A DNA stretch of 64,000 nucleotides from Utricularia gibba (Eukaryota; Plantae; Magnoliophyta): assembly GCA_002189035.1 (NCBI GenBank), contig NEEC01000030.1, positions 1 to 64,000 on the forward strand. The letters are read 5' to 3'. The notes below the pieces were generated by a model. The model saw only the letters and a program-made list of their open reading frames with translations, had not been told where the DNA came from and made no database searches. This document shows positions 41,485-51,960 of this stretch, piece after piece (position 1 is the first letter of the stretch; every line of letters begins with the position of its first letter). Made by a program: the position numbers and the translations under genes.

Positions 41485-41912
41485 CTAGGGGTCACATTTT
41501 GGCACTAGAGGCCGAATTGCTTGATCAACAAGCGTCTCGGCAGGGTCTCTTGGAAGACTTCGTTAACTCAGCCTGTTTTGCGGAACTCTCCGATATCTAT
41601 GCAGGGGATCTAATCGGCCTACTTCTATACCGTTAGAGGTGACAGTTCAGCCAGAAGTTCGGGCTTTCAATCATGGATCCGTGCTTCGATAGGATAAATC
41701 CCCTGACGAAGGATGAGAACATGCTAGATGTTATCGCGGACACGTTCCAAGCTCCGGAATTCGGGTTTGAAGCTGATCGGGTGCGGCTGATTGCGCTGAT
41801 TCGGGCGAGGATAGGGTGAGAGAATGACGCCAAGCTGAGAGCGAGGATGGAAAGACATACCGGTTCCTCTGCCGATCCTCCCGTTAATCCCCAAGCTCCT
41901 CCTGCACTTTAG
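41485..41912 (+). pseudogene. C-terminal remnant of the antisense extra ORF of the Tat/Retand element
   Basis: One plus-strand frame reads RGHILALEAELLDQQASRQGLLEDFVNS...LIGLLLYR*R*QFSQKFGLSIMDPCFDRINP...RIG*ENDAKLRARMERH...PPAL*. It has three internal stops and starts exactly at the Athila LTR edge. Confidence 0.65.
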
Positions 41913-43131
41913 TGATTTTTCTTAACTTGGTGTTTTTCCCCCTACTGTGGGGCTTTTTGAACATTTTTGGTATCCCGGTTCGGGATCCTCTTCTAGTTTA
42001 CTCAGTTTTTGCGCATCACCATCACCCTCGTTCATCTCCCTGTTCAATATGTTGCGTGATTCGCTGATCTCCTAGTGGGACTTCTCTGCATGCATACGTG
42101 CTAAGGGTATGACTCGGAACCCCCTCGCGAACTAAATAGTTTCTTTCGTTCGGGTGGATCTTCCATATCTTTCAGCCGAATTTATTCCAGGTGTGTTTGC
42201 CGACTCAAGGTCTGGTGGCGAGAACCCCCTTTGGGGCCTTTTTGGAGCTTATGCAGATGGTTTAGGCAAGTGAAACCCGAATCGTTCCAAGGCTTACCTT
42301 AATCAATAAGGCCTGGGTTTAGATGATGCCACATTTGGGGAAGCCCCAAGTTAGTTTGTGGCATCCATTGCAGGTTTAGACTCGAAATATTTGTCTGGGC
42401 TTTCGTGATTCAGGGGGTAGGTGCCCCCTTTGCCAACCCTCTTGTTGGGCTTTATGGCTTTGGTTTGCCTTAGTATTCCCTTACGCAAGCTGAACCGCTG
42501 CTAGGAAAGTAGACCCGGACCCCTCACGGGTTGGGTGACTTCCCCAATCCACATGGGCCCTCTTCCGGCCGAAATCCCATTGTTTTGAAAATGGGTAGAT
42601 CTGCTTTGGGTACTCTCGCCGTGTCAAGATTCTGGCGGTAAGGTTGGTACTTAAGGGCTTTTAGGGGCTTACGCATGCGGTTTAGGGAAACCGGTGCCCG
42701 AATTGCACAAGGGCTTACTCTTGTCACTGGCGCCTGGGTTTGGGAGATCACATACATATATATCAGGGGAAATCTTGAGTTGATTTGCTGTATCCCGCAG
42801 GCGACCTAGGAGATTTGCCTAGGCTTATGCTACTTGGCCAGGGCTTATGATTTAGATTTTTGAGGGTTTGCCTGGGCTTACGTGACTCGGCCACGGCTTA
42901 TGTTTCGTTTACTCATCTCCGCTTTGGAGGAATTTATAGCCACTTAAGTGTTTTCAGGGAGAAAGTACCGAATCGTGCGTAAACTGGTGATAGAGATTGA
43001 TATTGAGCCAGTTAGGCGTAGAATTTCCTTAGGTGTGATGCATTCCACGACCTTGGGAATTCCACGCCATCTAACTGTTCTAGATGATACGCTCCTTTTC
43101 CGATTACCTTTGAAATCCGATAAGGACCTTC

Positions 43132-46100
43132 CTAGTTGCGGTCTAATTTTCCAACATGTCTCTGTGGTTGAATGCTTCGTTGCACCAAATCTCCCTCGGA
43201 GAATTCCCTTGAGGATACCGACTTGTTATAACTCTTCTCCGTTCTTCTCTGATAAGCCCCTAGTCGGCTATAGACGCTTTGGCGTTTTTCCTCCAACAGC
43301 TCCAACTCCAGTTTTCGCAAGTCAGCATTTTCCTCTTCGTTATAGCGCACCACCCGGTAGCTTTTCAAGGTTAGTTCAATCGGGCATACGGCTTCCAAAT
43401 TGTAAACCAATAAAAAGGGAGACTCTTCCGTGGTGGTTCGAGGGATGGTGCGATATGACCACAGCACCTCATCCAAGCGATCTGCCCATGACCCTCCAAA
43501 ATCTTGAAGCTTAGTCTTCATACCTAGCGGGAGCGTTCGATTTGTTACCTCTATGAGACCATTGCTCTGCGGGTGATACACCAAGGTGAAGTTGTGCTTG
43601 ACCGAATATTTATCCAAGAATACATCCATCCTCCCTCCAGTGAATTGGGTTCCGTTATCGGTCACTAGTTCTTGAGAAATCCCGAATCGGATGAAGATAT
43701 TTCTCCACAGAAATCGAATAACAGTCTCCTCTGATATTTTTGCCACGGCTTCAGCCTCCACCCATTTGGAGAAATATTCGACCCCCACGATGACGAATTT
43801 CCTTTGGCCTGAGGTTTGGGGAATGGCCCCATAATATCCACTCCCCACCGATCGAATGGGCATGAGAATGGAAGAGAGGTCAGGTCATTTACCGATTTTC
43901 TTGGTATGCTTGCATGGTACTGGGAAACTTTGCACTTCTTCACCATTTCGGTAATGTCCCACTTCATGGTGGGCCAATAATATCCGGTTCTCAGAGCTTT
44001 CCTGCACAAGGATCGTATCCCGATGTGGCTACCGCATTCCCCTTCATGCAGGTCGGTTATAAGTTCTTGAGAGCGCTTTGTCCCGATACACCTCAATAGG
44101 GGTCCATCTAATGATCTTCGTTAGAGAATTCCGTTTATCAGTGTATATCTCCTTGCTTTAATCTCCAGCTGTCGGGCTTCTGCTTTACCGGGTGGCTTTT
44201 CTCCGTTTTGCAGGTACCAGATGTAGGGCGACGTCCAATCTTCAAGGAAGCTCAACTGCGGAGAGATGTCATTTCCTAATCGTTGAGTAATATGATTTAT
44301 CGCTCGCAAAGTTACCGAGGGCTGATCCCGCAAAGTTACCGAGGGCAAGGCTGTCCGCGGATCTATTTTCCTCGCGTGCGATATGTGACAAAGTGTACTC
44401 CTTAAAGTTCCTTGCTAGCTCCTTCACCTTAGCACAGTATAGAGCCATCAAGGGGTCATGGGTTTCATATTCACTCGAATACTGTCCTTGTACTAGCCGT
44501 GAGTCCGTATAAACGTCGAGTTCTACAACACCGAGCTCCCTAGCTACTTTCATCCCTTCAAGCAAGGCCTCATATTCGGCTGCATTGTTAGAGGCGGGGA
44601 ATAGGAACTTCACCGTGATATAGATATGTTCTCTGTCCCGAGTTCGGATATCGATTCATCCACCGGCCCCGTTGTATGTGGAGCCGTCGACATACATTGT
44701 CCACCGGTCGTTGGTCTCTACGAAACAGTCAATAGGTCTAGTCCTTTCGACCACAAAATCGGCAAGAGGTCGGGCCTTGATCGCTGTTCTCAACTTAAAC
44801 TCAATATCCATTGTACTCAATTCGACCGCCCATTTGGCAACCCTTCCGGAAATCTCGGGTCGGACAGGATATTCTTCGAAGGCTGATTGGTGAACACCAC
44901 GACATGTCGATCTTGGAAATATCACCTCAACTTGGTGGCCACCATCTTTAGTACAAAGATGAATTTTTCTATCACTGTATACCAGGTTTCGGCTGGTAAT
45001 AGAACCTTGCTCACATAGTACACCGGCAAGTGTTTATCCACCGAGATGGTCGTCAAGACTGCGCTGACTGCAATAGGCGATATCGACAGATAAAGTCCTA
45101 GGGGCTCCCCTGCCTTCGAAGCCGCAAGAAGCGGGGGTGATGAGAGATATTCTTTGAGTTTTTCAAAGGCAATCTGGCAATCCTCTTTCCATTCGAAAGC
45201 ATTTCCTTTTTGCAAGACCTTGAAGAAAGATGCCGACTTATCGGCTGACCGAGATATGAAACGACTTAGGGCAGCCAATTTACCTGTGAGGCTCTAGTAC
45301 TCCTTGAATGTCCTAGGGGGTTGCATTTCGCATATCGCCTTAATCTTCTCGTGGTCAGCCTCGATTCCTCTTTCTGATACGTAATGCCAAGGAACCGCTT
45401 TACACCCCGAAGCAACATTTCATCGGGTTGAGCTTTAATCCGTACGACCGACATAGAGAGAAACAAGAGTCCAAATACGCCAAATGATCTTCTTCATTCA
45501 TAGATTTCACGATCATATCGTCCACATACACCTCCATTGAGGTACCAATTTCAGAAGAGAATATTTTATTTATCAACCTCTGATAAGTTGCCCCAGCATT
45601 CTTCAAGCCGAAGGGCATCGCCACGTAGCAGTAAACCCCATCCTTGGTATAGAAGGTGGTTTTCGGTTGGTCTTTCTTGGCAACAAAGATTTGATGATAT
45701 CCCGAATAGGCATCCATGGTGCTCAGGAATCGGGACCCGGCAATGGCGTCCACCAGTTTATCGATCTTTGGCAAGGGGTAGGGATCCCTTTCACAGCAAG
45801 CGTTGAGGTCGGTGAAGTCGACGCACATTCTCCATTTTCCTCCGGGCTTTGGGACGAAGACCGGATTGGCTACCCATTCCGAGTACTGGATGTCCCTCAC
45901 GTAACCGGCTTCTAAGAGCTCCTATGTTTTCTCCTTGATAATTCGGCACTTTTCTTCGGAGAAGTGTCGTTGCTTCTGCCGAACCAGTTTTGCCCGCGGG
46001 TAGGTATCAATGTGATGCTCAGCGACGGATCGATCGATACCTACAAAGTTTGCAGCAGTCCAGGCGAAAATATCGGCATTCTTTATCAAAAGTTCAGCTA

Positions 46101-48369
46101 ACCTCCTCTCGAATCTGGTGTCTTCTGCATATCTCCTGGAACTAGTTGCACCGGCTTGTACCCCACCGGTTCCATTGCTTATCTGGGAGGCTCCCGGTGT
46201 TCCTTTTCCACCATCATTATCCTCGGCTTCTTCGCACAAGGGTCTTGGCAGGAAGATACATAACAGGATTGAGCGGCTAGCTGGTCGATATCCAGTGTGC
46301 AGATGCCCTTGGCATAGGAAACTTGACTTTCAAATGCACTGTGGAGGGTAACATACCGAATTGGTTGATGCAGGGTCGGCCGAGAATGATGTTGTACGAG
46401 ACCTCTGAATCCAGAATCAAAAACTCTAGTCTTTCAGTCTGATTTCGTCCTAATGTGCTGAATGTCACGGGTAAGGTCATCTTCCCGACTGTTTGTACGG
46501 CCCGTTGGTCGAATGCGTACAGCTCCAGCCGCAGAAGACGGATGTCTCCCTCTTTGGACAACGCCAATGACTCGGCGACTTCCTTTTTCATGATGTTGTA
46601 GGAAGACCCTTGATCAATAAGAATCCTTCTTACCTTGGTGCTTCCGCATATTCCTGATATCACCAAAGGTTCGTTTCGTGTGGCTGGGCCGACCGGAGTG
46701 TCCCTATCGGAGAAGTTAATCTCTTCCTTTTCCTAAGCAGCTTTCTCAATCGGGCATTTCCCAATCTCAAGGACTTCTCCTCTTCTGGCTTCGTCCAAAT
46801 ATATCTTCCGTGCTTTTCCGGATACATCAATTTCGGTCCCCCCAGATACCATATGGATTTCCCGAATGTAGGGGGGACTACCTTGTGCCTGGTTAGCATT
46901 TCTTGAACTTTCCGGTCTGTCTTGACCTCTATCGTGGTTCGCGACCCTACCAGCTCTTGGGGTTCCCTCCGCTGGTTTTGGTGGGAATTTTGGGTATCAG
47001 CCACCTCCGTTCCCCGTCTGTTCGTTACGTCCTCTTTTCCGGTCCGTCATCGGTGCGGGGTTCCGTATCGCGTTGTTTATCCCCCCGTCAACATGATATT
47101 GCTCGATCATCCTCTTCATTACTCGTAGTTGGCAGTATCGTGCTCGGTAGTCTTGTGTATCTCACAATAGGCATCTGTTCTGGTTGGTTCCACCTGATAT
47201 ACTTCGCGGCGCTTATTCGGCCTGGGCCCCAGTTAGGTTGGGTCTCTTGCTGCGGGATTGGACAGATCTCCACGTGGTTTTCCATCTCGGCCCTGAGGTC
47301 GTTGTCAACTCGGATGTATTTCATGATCTTCCTTAGCAATTCCCGAGATTCTTCGGTGGGACTTTGATAGACTCTGTCCCAGTTTCGACGTTCCTAAGGC
47401 CCGCTTCATTATCTCCACTCTCTCTTTTAAATCCAGTTGGACATCCTACACCAGGCAGTTGAATCGGTCGATGAATCTTCGCAAACTCTCTTTCCTGTGG
47501 TCGTATCGAATAGAATATAAGACTGCCTTTGAAGGCGGGGCTTCGATGTTGACAACGTATCAGGTGGTGAAGAGTAAGACCAACTCCCGATAAGATCCGA
47601 CACTGCATGGTTCTAAGTGTTTGAACCAAGTCTTCGCTCCCTTTTGGAGCGAGCAGGCAAATAGCTTGCACTTCATGGCTTCCGAATGTCGGACTGTGGC
47701 CATCCTCATATCGAAGTCGGTTACATGAGATATGGGGTCCCCTTTTCCATCATATGTGGGTAGTCCGTCAGGGACCCTAAATCCTCTTTCGGGTTCTTCG
47801 CTGATTAGATCATCCGAGAAAGGGTCAAAACGCAACGCAGGGGTTCTTGCAGCTCCCTCAATACTATTCTTCAACGCTAGATCAATGTCGGCAAGAACGT
47901 CTCCTCTTCCGGTGCAGAGATTCTGGTCAAAGGCATCCCTGAAGCCCCTACTCTCTTTCACTCCCGGTAGCATTCGCGCGGCAATGAGCTTTCGTCTTTC
48001 CCGGATCTGATCCAACTCTCTCTTCAGTTCTTCTTCCCTATTTTCTAAAATCTCATTAGTCTCGTCTCTCCTATCCGTTCCGGGCTCATAGATGACTTGT
48101 TTGCGCCTTTTCCTTTCCAGTATCTCTTCCTCGGTTTCGGACTCAGTCTTCGTGTCCGGGGTATTCTGGAATCAGGGGTTGCTTCTCCGCACGTGGTGCG
48201 GTTTCGGGTGTCCCCTCCTGGGCATGGAATTCAGACCCGAAGGTGCCCTGAAGTCGGCGAGGATTTCCGTTAGTAGGGCCTTCAATTGTTCCCTATGGGT
48301 GATCATAAGACCAAGGTCTTGTGCGTCAACCGGGTTGGTGGCTGTGCTATTTTCTGCCATGATCAACAC
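43132..48369 (-). pseudogene. Tat/Retand gag-pol with additional (archaeal-type) RNase H, fragmented
   Basis: gag LPTYDGKGDPISHV...KLFACSLQKGAKTWF; PR RILIDQGSSYNIM; RT MPFGLKNAGATYQR and YVDDM; tether RH; second RH WTMYVDGS, SNNAAEYEALLEG, YTDSRLV, NRSADSLA (44,269-44,925); integrase GVEYFSKWVEAE, TDNGTQF, PQSNGLIE. Confidence 0.95.
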
Positions 48370-48420
48370 TTAGTGAATGGCTCTTGTGGATTTCTCGAGT
48401 GGGGTTGTATGAGGTCGGAT

Positions 48421-48916
48421 TACGCATAAACCACGCCCGTGTGGTGCTATTGCGAATGCACACGGGCTGGGCTTGAGCGTAAAGTCAGTTTTTCTTAACG
48501 CTGGGTTGTCATGAGCCCAGTGTGGTTCGACTCGATGAAAATCGTGATGCTTTTATTGAAGTTAAGATGTCACGAGAACCCCACACGGTTTTTTCAACGA
48601 TACACTTTATACTTGAGGAGGAGCTCTCGATGGTCACCCGGATCAGGCTGGAGGTCGTCACGAACTCGGGCCTAAAGTCAATTGTAGCCCGCCAGAAAAA
48701 CTGATGCATTTATTAACGTTGGGTTGTCACGAGCCGCGTACATGGTTTTCAAAGGAACACCTTCTCGTTTTGGGGCGGGTGCTCTCGAGGGGCACTTGGC
48801 CCGGGCCCCAGGTTCCATCTGGCTCATGAGCCCACTCAGGTCCGACTCGACGAAAATGATGATGCATTTGTTTAAATTTGGATGTCACGTGCACCCCACA
48901 TTTGTTGAGCGAGCAT
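48421..48916 (+). repeat. Left arm of a long inverted repeat: hairpin-repeat fragment plus ~1.3 old-type satellite monomers
   Basis: Reverse complement of 49,180-49,798 apart from two deletions. Ends in cacgtgcaccccacatttgttgagcgagcat. Confidence 0.9.
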
Positions 48917-49179
48917 ATGAACCTTTATATGAATATATGAGTATATTCATATAGAATAAGTATATGAATACGAAAATATATATTTGTAATTGTTGCATCT
49001 AGCATGTTCTTGCATGCTTGAAAAAATAAATATGATTTAGAAAAATGCTGATTATAATCAACTTCACTTTGCAACCTCATGTTCTCGCATGTTTAAAAAT
49101 AGCAAAGGTTCAATGTTGGATATGATAGTTAACATAAACACAAAAAACGAATGCCTTTCTATTCATATACTCATTCCCC

Positions 49180-49798
49180 ATGCTCGCTCAACAAATGTGG
49201 GGTGCACGTGACATCCAAATTTCAACAAATTTTCGACGAATCATTTTCGTCGAGTCAGACCCGAGTGGGCTCATGAGCCAGACGGAACCCGGGGCCCGGG
49301 CTAAGTGCCCCTCGAGAGCGCCCGCCCCAAAACGAGAAGGTGTTCCTTTAAAAACAATGTACGCGGCTCGTGACAACCCAACGTTAATAAATGCATCAGT
49401 TTTTCTGGTGGACTACAACTGACTTTTGGCCTGAGTTTGGCACGACCTCCGGCCCAATCCGGGTGCCCCTCGAGAGCTCCTCCTCAAGTATAAAGTGTGT
49501 CGTTGAAAAAACCGTGTGGGGTTCTCGTGACATCCTAAATTCAATAAAAGCATCACGATTTTCATCGAGTCGAACCATACCGCTCATCAGCCAGACCGAA
49601 CCCGCGGCCCAAGCCAAGGGCCCCTCGACAGCGACCCCTCCCTCCCCCCCCCCCCCCCCCAAAACTAGAAGGTGTTTCATCAAAAAAATTTAGGTGGCTC
49701 ATGAAAACCTAGCGTTAAGAAATGCATCACTTTTTCCGCTGGGCTAAAACTGTCTTTGCGCTCGAGCCCGGCCCGTGTGCATCCACAACAACACCACA
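49180..49798 (-). repeat. Right arm of the inverted repeat: ~2 old-type satellite monomers in reverse orientation
   Basis: Begins atgctcgctcaacaaatgtggggtgcacgtg, the exact reverse complement of the left-arm end. Satellite landmarks read on the minus strand. The arm continues past the solo LTR into 51,105 onward. Confidence 0.9.
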
Positions 49799-51104
49799 TG
49801 TAACGATAGCGGAAACAAGGTACCAATGCTATCCCTCAAAGTTGTCTGATTGATGTTCATATGGGATGGAAGGGATGCTCTAGAACGAGGGATGGCCGAG
49901 ACTAGTTCACAGGAAGCCGTGGAGGGCGAAAGACGGCGCGTAGGAGGGCTGCTGCGCACAGAAGTTAGCGCACGCGCGCACGGGTCATGGGTCGCAACAT
50001 GTGCGACCAGCAGAGCGAAATATGGCATGATTGGAGCAGGATATGGAAAGGATTCAGTCAAGGGAGGTTACCGAATCAAAGGGGGACCAAATATGGAAGT
50101 TATGATCAAGGGGGAAGGCTCCACAATCCCAGGGACCAAATTTGTGAGATGGAAATATCCATACCATGGAGGAGGCTAACCTCTATATAAGGGGAAGGGT
50201 CGAAGCCCTCCTTCCTCCCCCACTCTCCACACCATGAAGGCGCAAGGCTGAAGGACTCAAGGCGGCGAAAGGCTGGACGAACGTCCATAAGAGTGGGGGA
50301 AGGAGGTGCTTCGATTCGGTAAGGGGATTTTCATACGGTTTAGTGACTAACATGGGTGTTCAGTGTGTCAAGGGCATAGGTCACGGTATTGAACATATCA
50401 GGGGCATAGAGCATGAGTCAAGGGTCATAGGGGTCGATGCAATCAAGGGGAGGGAAAGGGAGATGGCCACCCCAACCCAAAGGCAACGCGCTTGCGTGGG
50501 ATTCACGCCACTCAAGGGGCCTTCAGGCATATAGGGCATTCGGGCATACAGGGGCTGAAAAGCCAATCAAGGGAGAACCTTAGGGTTCAATCAAGGGGCA
50601 TCGACCATAGAGGATCAAGGGAGGGTCTTAGGACCGCACAGAATGCTACACGGATCACACATTTCTTCCTCACTTGTCATTGCGCATAGGAATTGTGTCA
50701 CTATAGACTAACCCCTTACTGGTCATGTAGGTACTGCTGGGGATGAGTCGTTGGACAGGATAGGAGGGGCGGATGGCGAGGATGGAGTGGCCGAGTAGTG
50801 GAGTCATGGGCGAACAAGGCGGCTAGGGCACAAACACCGAACTCTCCCTATTTTCTTTATGTTTTTCTGCACTTTATCTCCCTCACTTGGACTGGTTTGA
50901 TCATTTGAATAAAGGTTGGTTCTTTTGCACTATACTAAACTCCCTCAGCCCAGGACCCCGCATGAGAACAGACAAGGCAAGGCCTTAAGGGCGCGCAGGA
51001 CGCGCAGTAGGGGAAGCCTCTTAGGCAGAGTGTGCTGTGCAATCAGACCACAAGGCGAGCATGGTGATGGTCCTCCCGACTGGGTGTCGCCAAGGATCGT
51101 TACA
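49799..51104 (+). mobile_element. Solo LTR (1,306 bp), Ty3/gypsy, probably Tekay/Del-like
   Basis: Termini tgtaacgat...atcgttaca form a perfect 9-bp inverted repeat, flanked by accaca on both sides. TATA-like ctctatataagggg at ~50,181. No coding domains. Lineage and strand are inferred from terminal motifs only. Confidence 0.82.
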
Positions 51105-51340
51105 ACCACAAGGCCACACGGGCGTGGTTTATGCGTAAACCATGCCCGTGTGCATATGCACCAGCAGCATAAGGCCACACGCGCATGGTTTATGCGTAAA
51201 CCACGCCCGTGTGCATACGTAGGAGCAGCACAAGGCCACACAGGTGTGGTTTATGCGTAAACCACGTCCGTGTGCATACACAGCAGCACCACAAGGCCAC
51301 ATGGGCGTGGTTTACACACAACCCACGCCCGTGTGCCCTT
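51105..51340. repeat. 61-bp tandem repeat, 4 copies, each a long hairpin
   Basis: ggccacac recurs at 51,112, 51,173, 51,234 and 51,295. The consensus contains cacacgggcgtggttta-tgcg-taaaccacgcccgtgtg. Confidence 0.92.
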
Positions 51341-51344
51341 TTCA

Positions 51345-51576
51345 TGTGCACTCGACCTAAATTCCTCCTAAGGGTTGAGTGCTAATATAAATTAAAAATA
51401 AATATATATCCACTCAAGCCGAATCATCCCTAAGTATCGATTGCTCATAAAAATGTTAAAATAAAAAATATATGCTCGATCCGAAGCATTCCTAAGGATC
51501 GATGCTGATAAAAATATGAAAATAAAAAATGTACACTCGATTCGAATAGTTACCAAGTGTCAAATGCTAATTAAAA
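51345..51576. repeat. ~62-bp AT-rich tandem repeat, 4 diverged copies
   Basis: The c(a/g)ctcga...cctaag...aaaataaa pattern recurs at 51,349, 51,411, 51,473 and 51,534. Confidence 0.8.
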
Positions 51577-51630
51577 GAGGAGGCGCTCTCGAGGGGCACC
51601 CGCACTGGGCCGAAGGTTGATCCGGGATAC
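51577..51630 (+). repeat. Isolated fragment of an old-type satellite monomer
   Basis: gaggaggcgctctcgaggggcacccgcactgggccgaagg matches the monomer junction seen in the old layer and in the inverted arms. Confidence 0.8.
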
Positions 51631-51632
51631 GA

Positions 51633-51687
51633 CATGTTATTAACTGATCGAAACTTTAATACAACCTTTTTTTATCTTACTAGAGGG
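51633..51687 (+). other. cox1: Very short mitochondrial DNA insertion (NUMT) from cox1
   Basis: atgttattaactgatcgaaactttaatacaacctttttt encodes [13 protein letters not shown], the invariant COX1 motif [21 protein letters not shown]. The following tatcttactagaggg aligns to recalled gatcccgctggaggg, mostly through C>T and G>A changes. Confidence 0.85.
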
Positions 51688-51960
51688 TCAATGGCTCAAC
51701 TTATTTTGAAATATTTGATATTTATTCCAAATAATACATTGTTATTGCTTCAATATTTCATTTATTTAAAACATTACAATTTATACAACAATATGAAAAT
51801 ACATATGATAAATGTTTCATTTTGTGAAGTTACAAAATCCACCGAAAAGTCTATCCAATATGGAAACAGCTTCTTTTGAAGTAGGTTTAATGCTGGACCT
51901 TTTTCTAGTTGAAGGTTGAGAGAACTCTTGTGGATGCGAAATAGAATGTCTCGCAGGAAT

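Larger units (their letters stand above)
41485..48420 (-). mobile_element. Ty3/gypsy retrotransposon, Tat lineage (Retand-like); both LTRs and PBS missing
   Basis: Domain order gag-PR-RT-RH-additional RH-INT, then a ~1.2-kb spacer and an antisense ORF remnant. The sequence ends ~50 bp upstream of gag with no PBS or LTR. Confidence 0.9.

Noticed and set aside
42948-47367. Plus-strand ORFs overlapping Tat pol (e.g. 42948-43514, 46903-47367)
   Set aside because: They are shadows of minus-strand gag-pol and show no independent motifs.
50181-50196. tatataagggg resembling the plant Pol I initiation site
   Set aside because: It lies inside a TG...CA solo LTR with flanking duplication, so it is better explained as the LTR TATA box. 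No 18S or 25S sequence is present.
51105-51576. 61-62-bp periods as building blocks of the 311-bp monomer (5 x 62 = 310)
   Set aside because: I see no sequence similarity between these units and the monomer, whose internal period is ~155 bp. It is a numerical coincidence.
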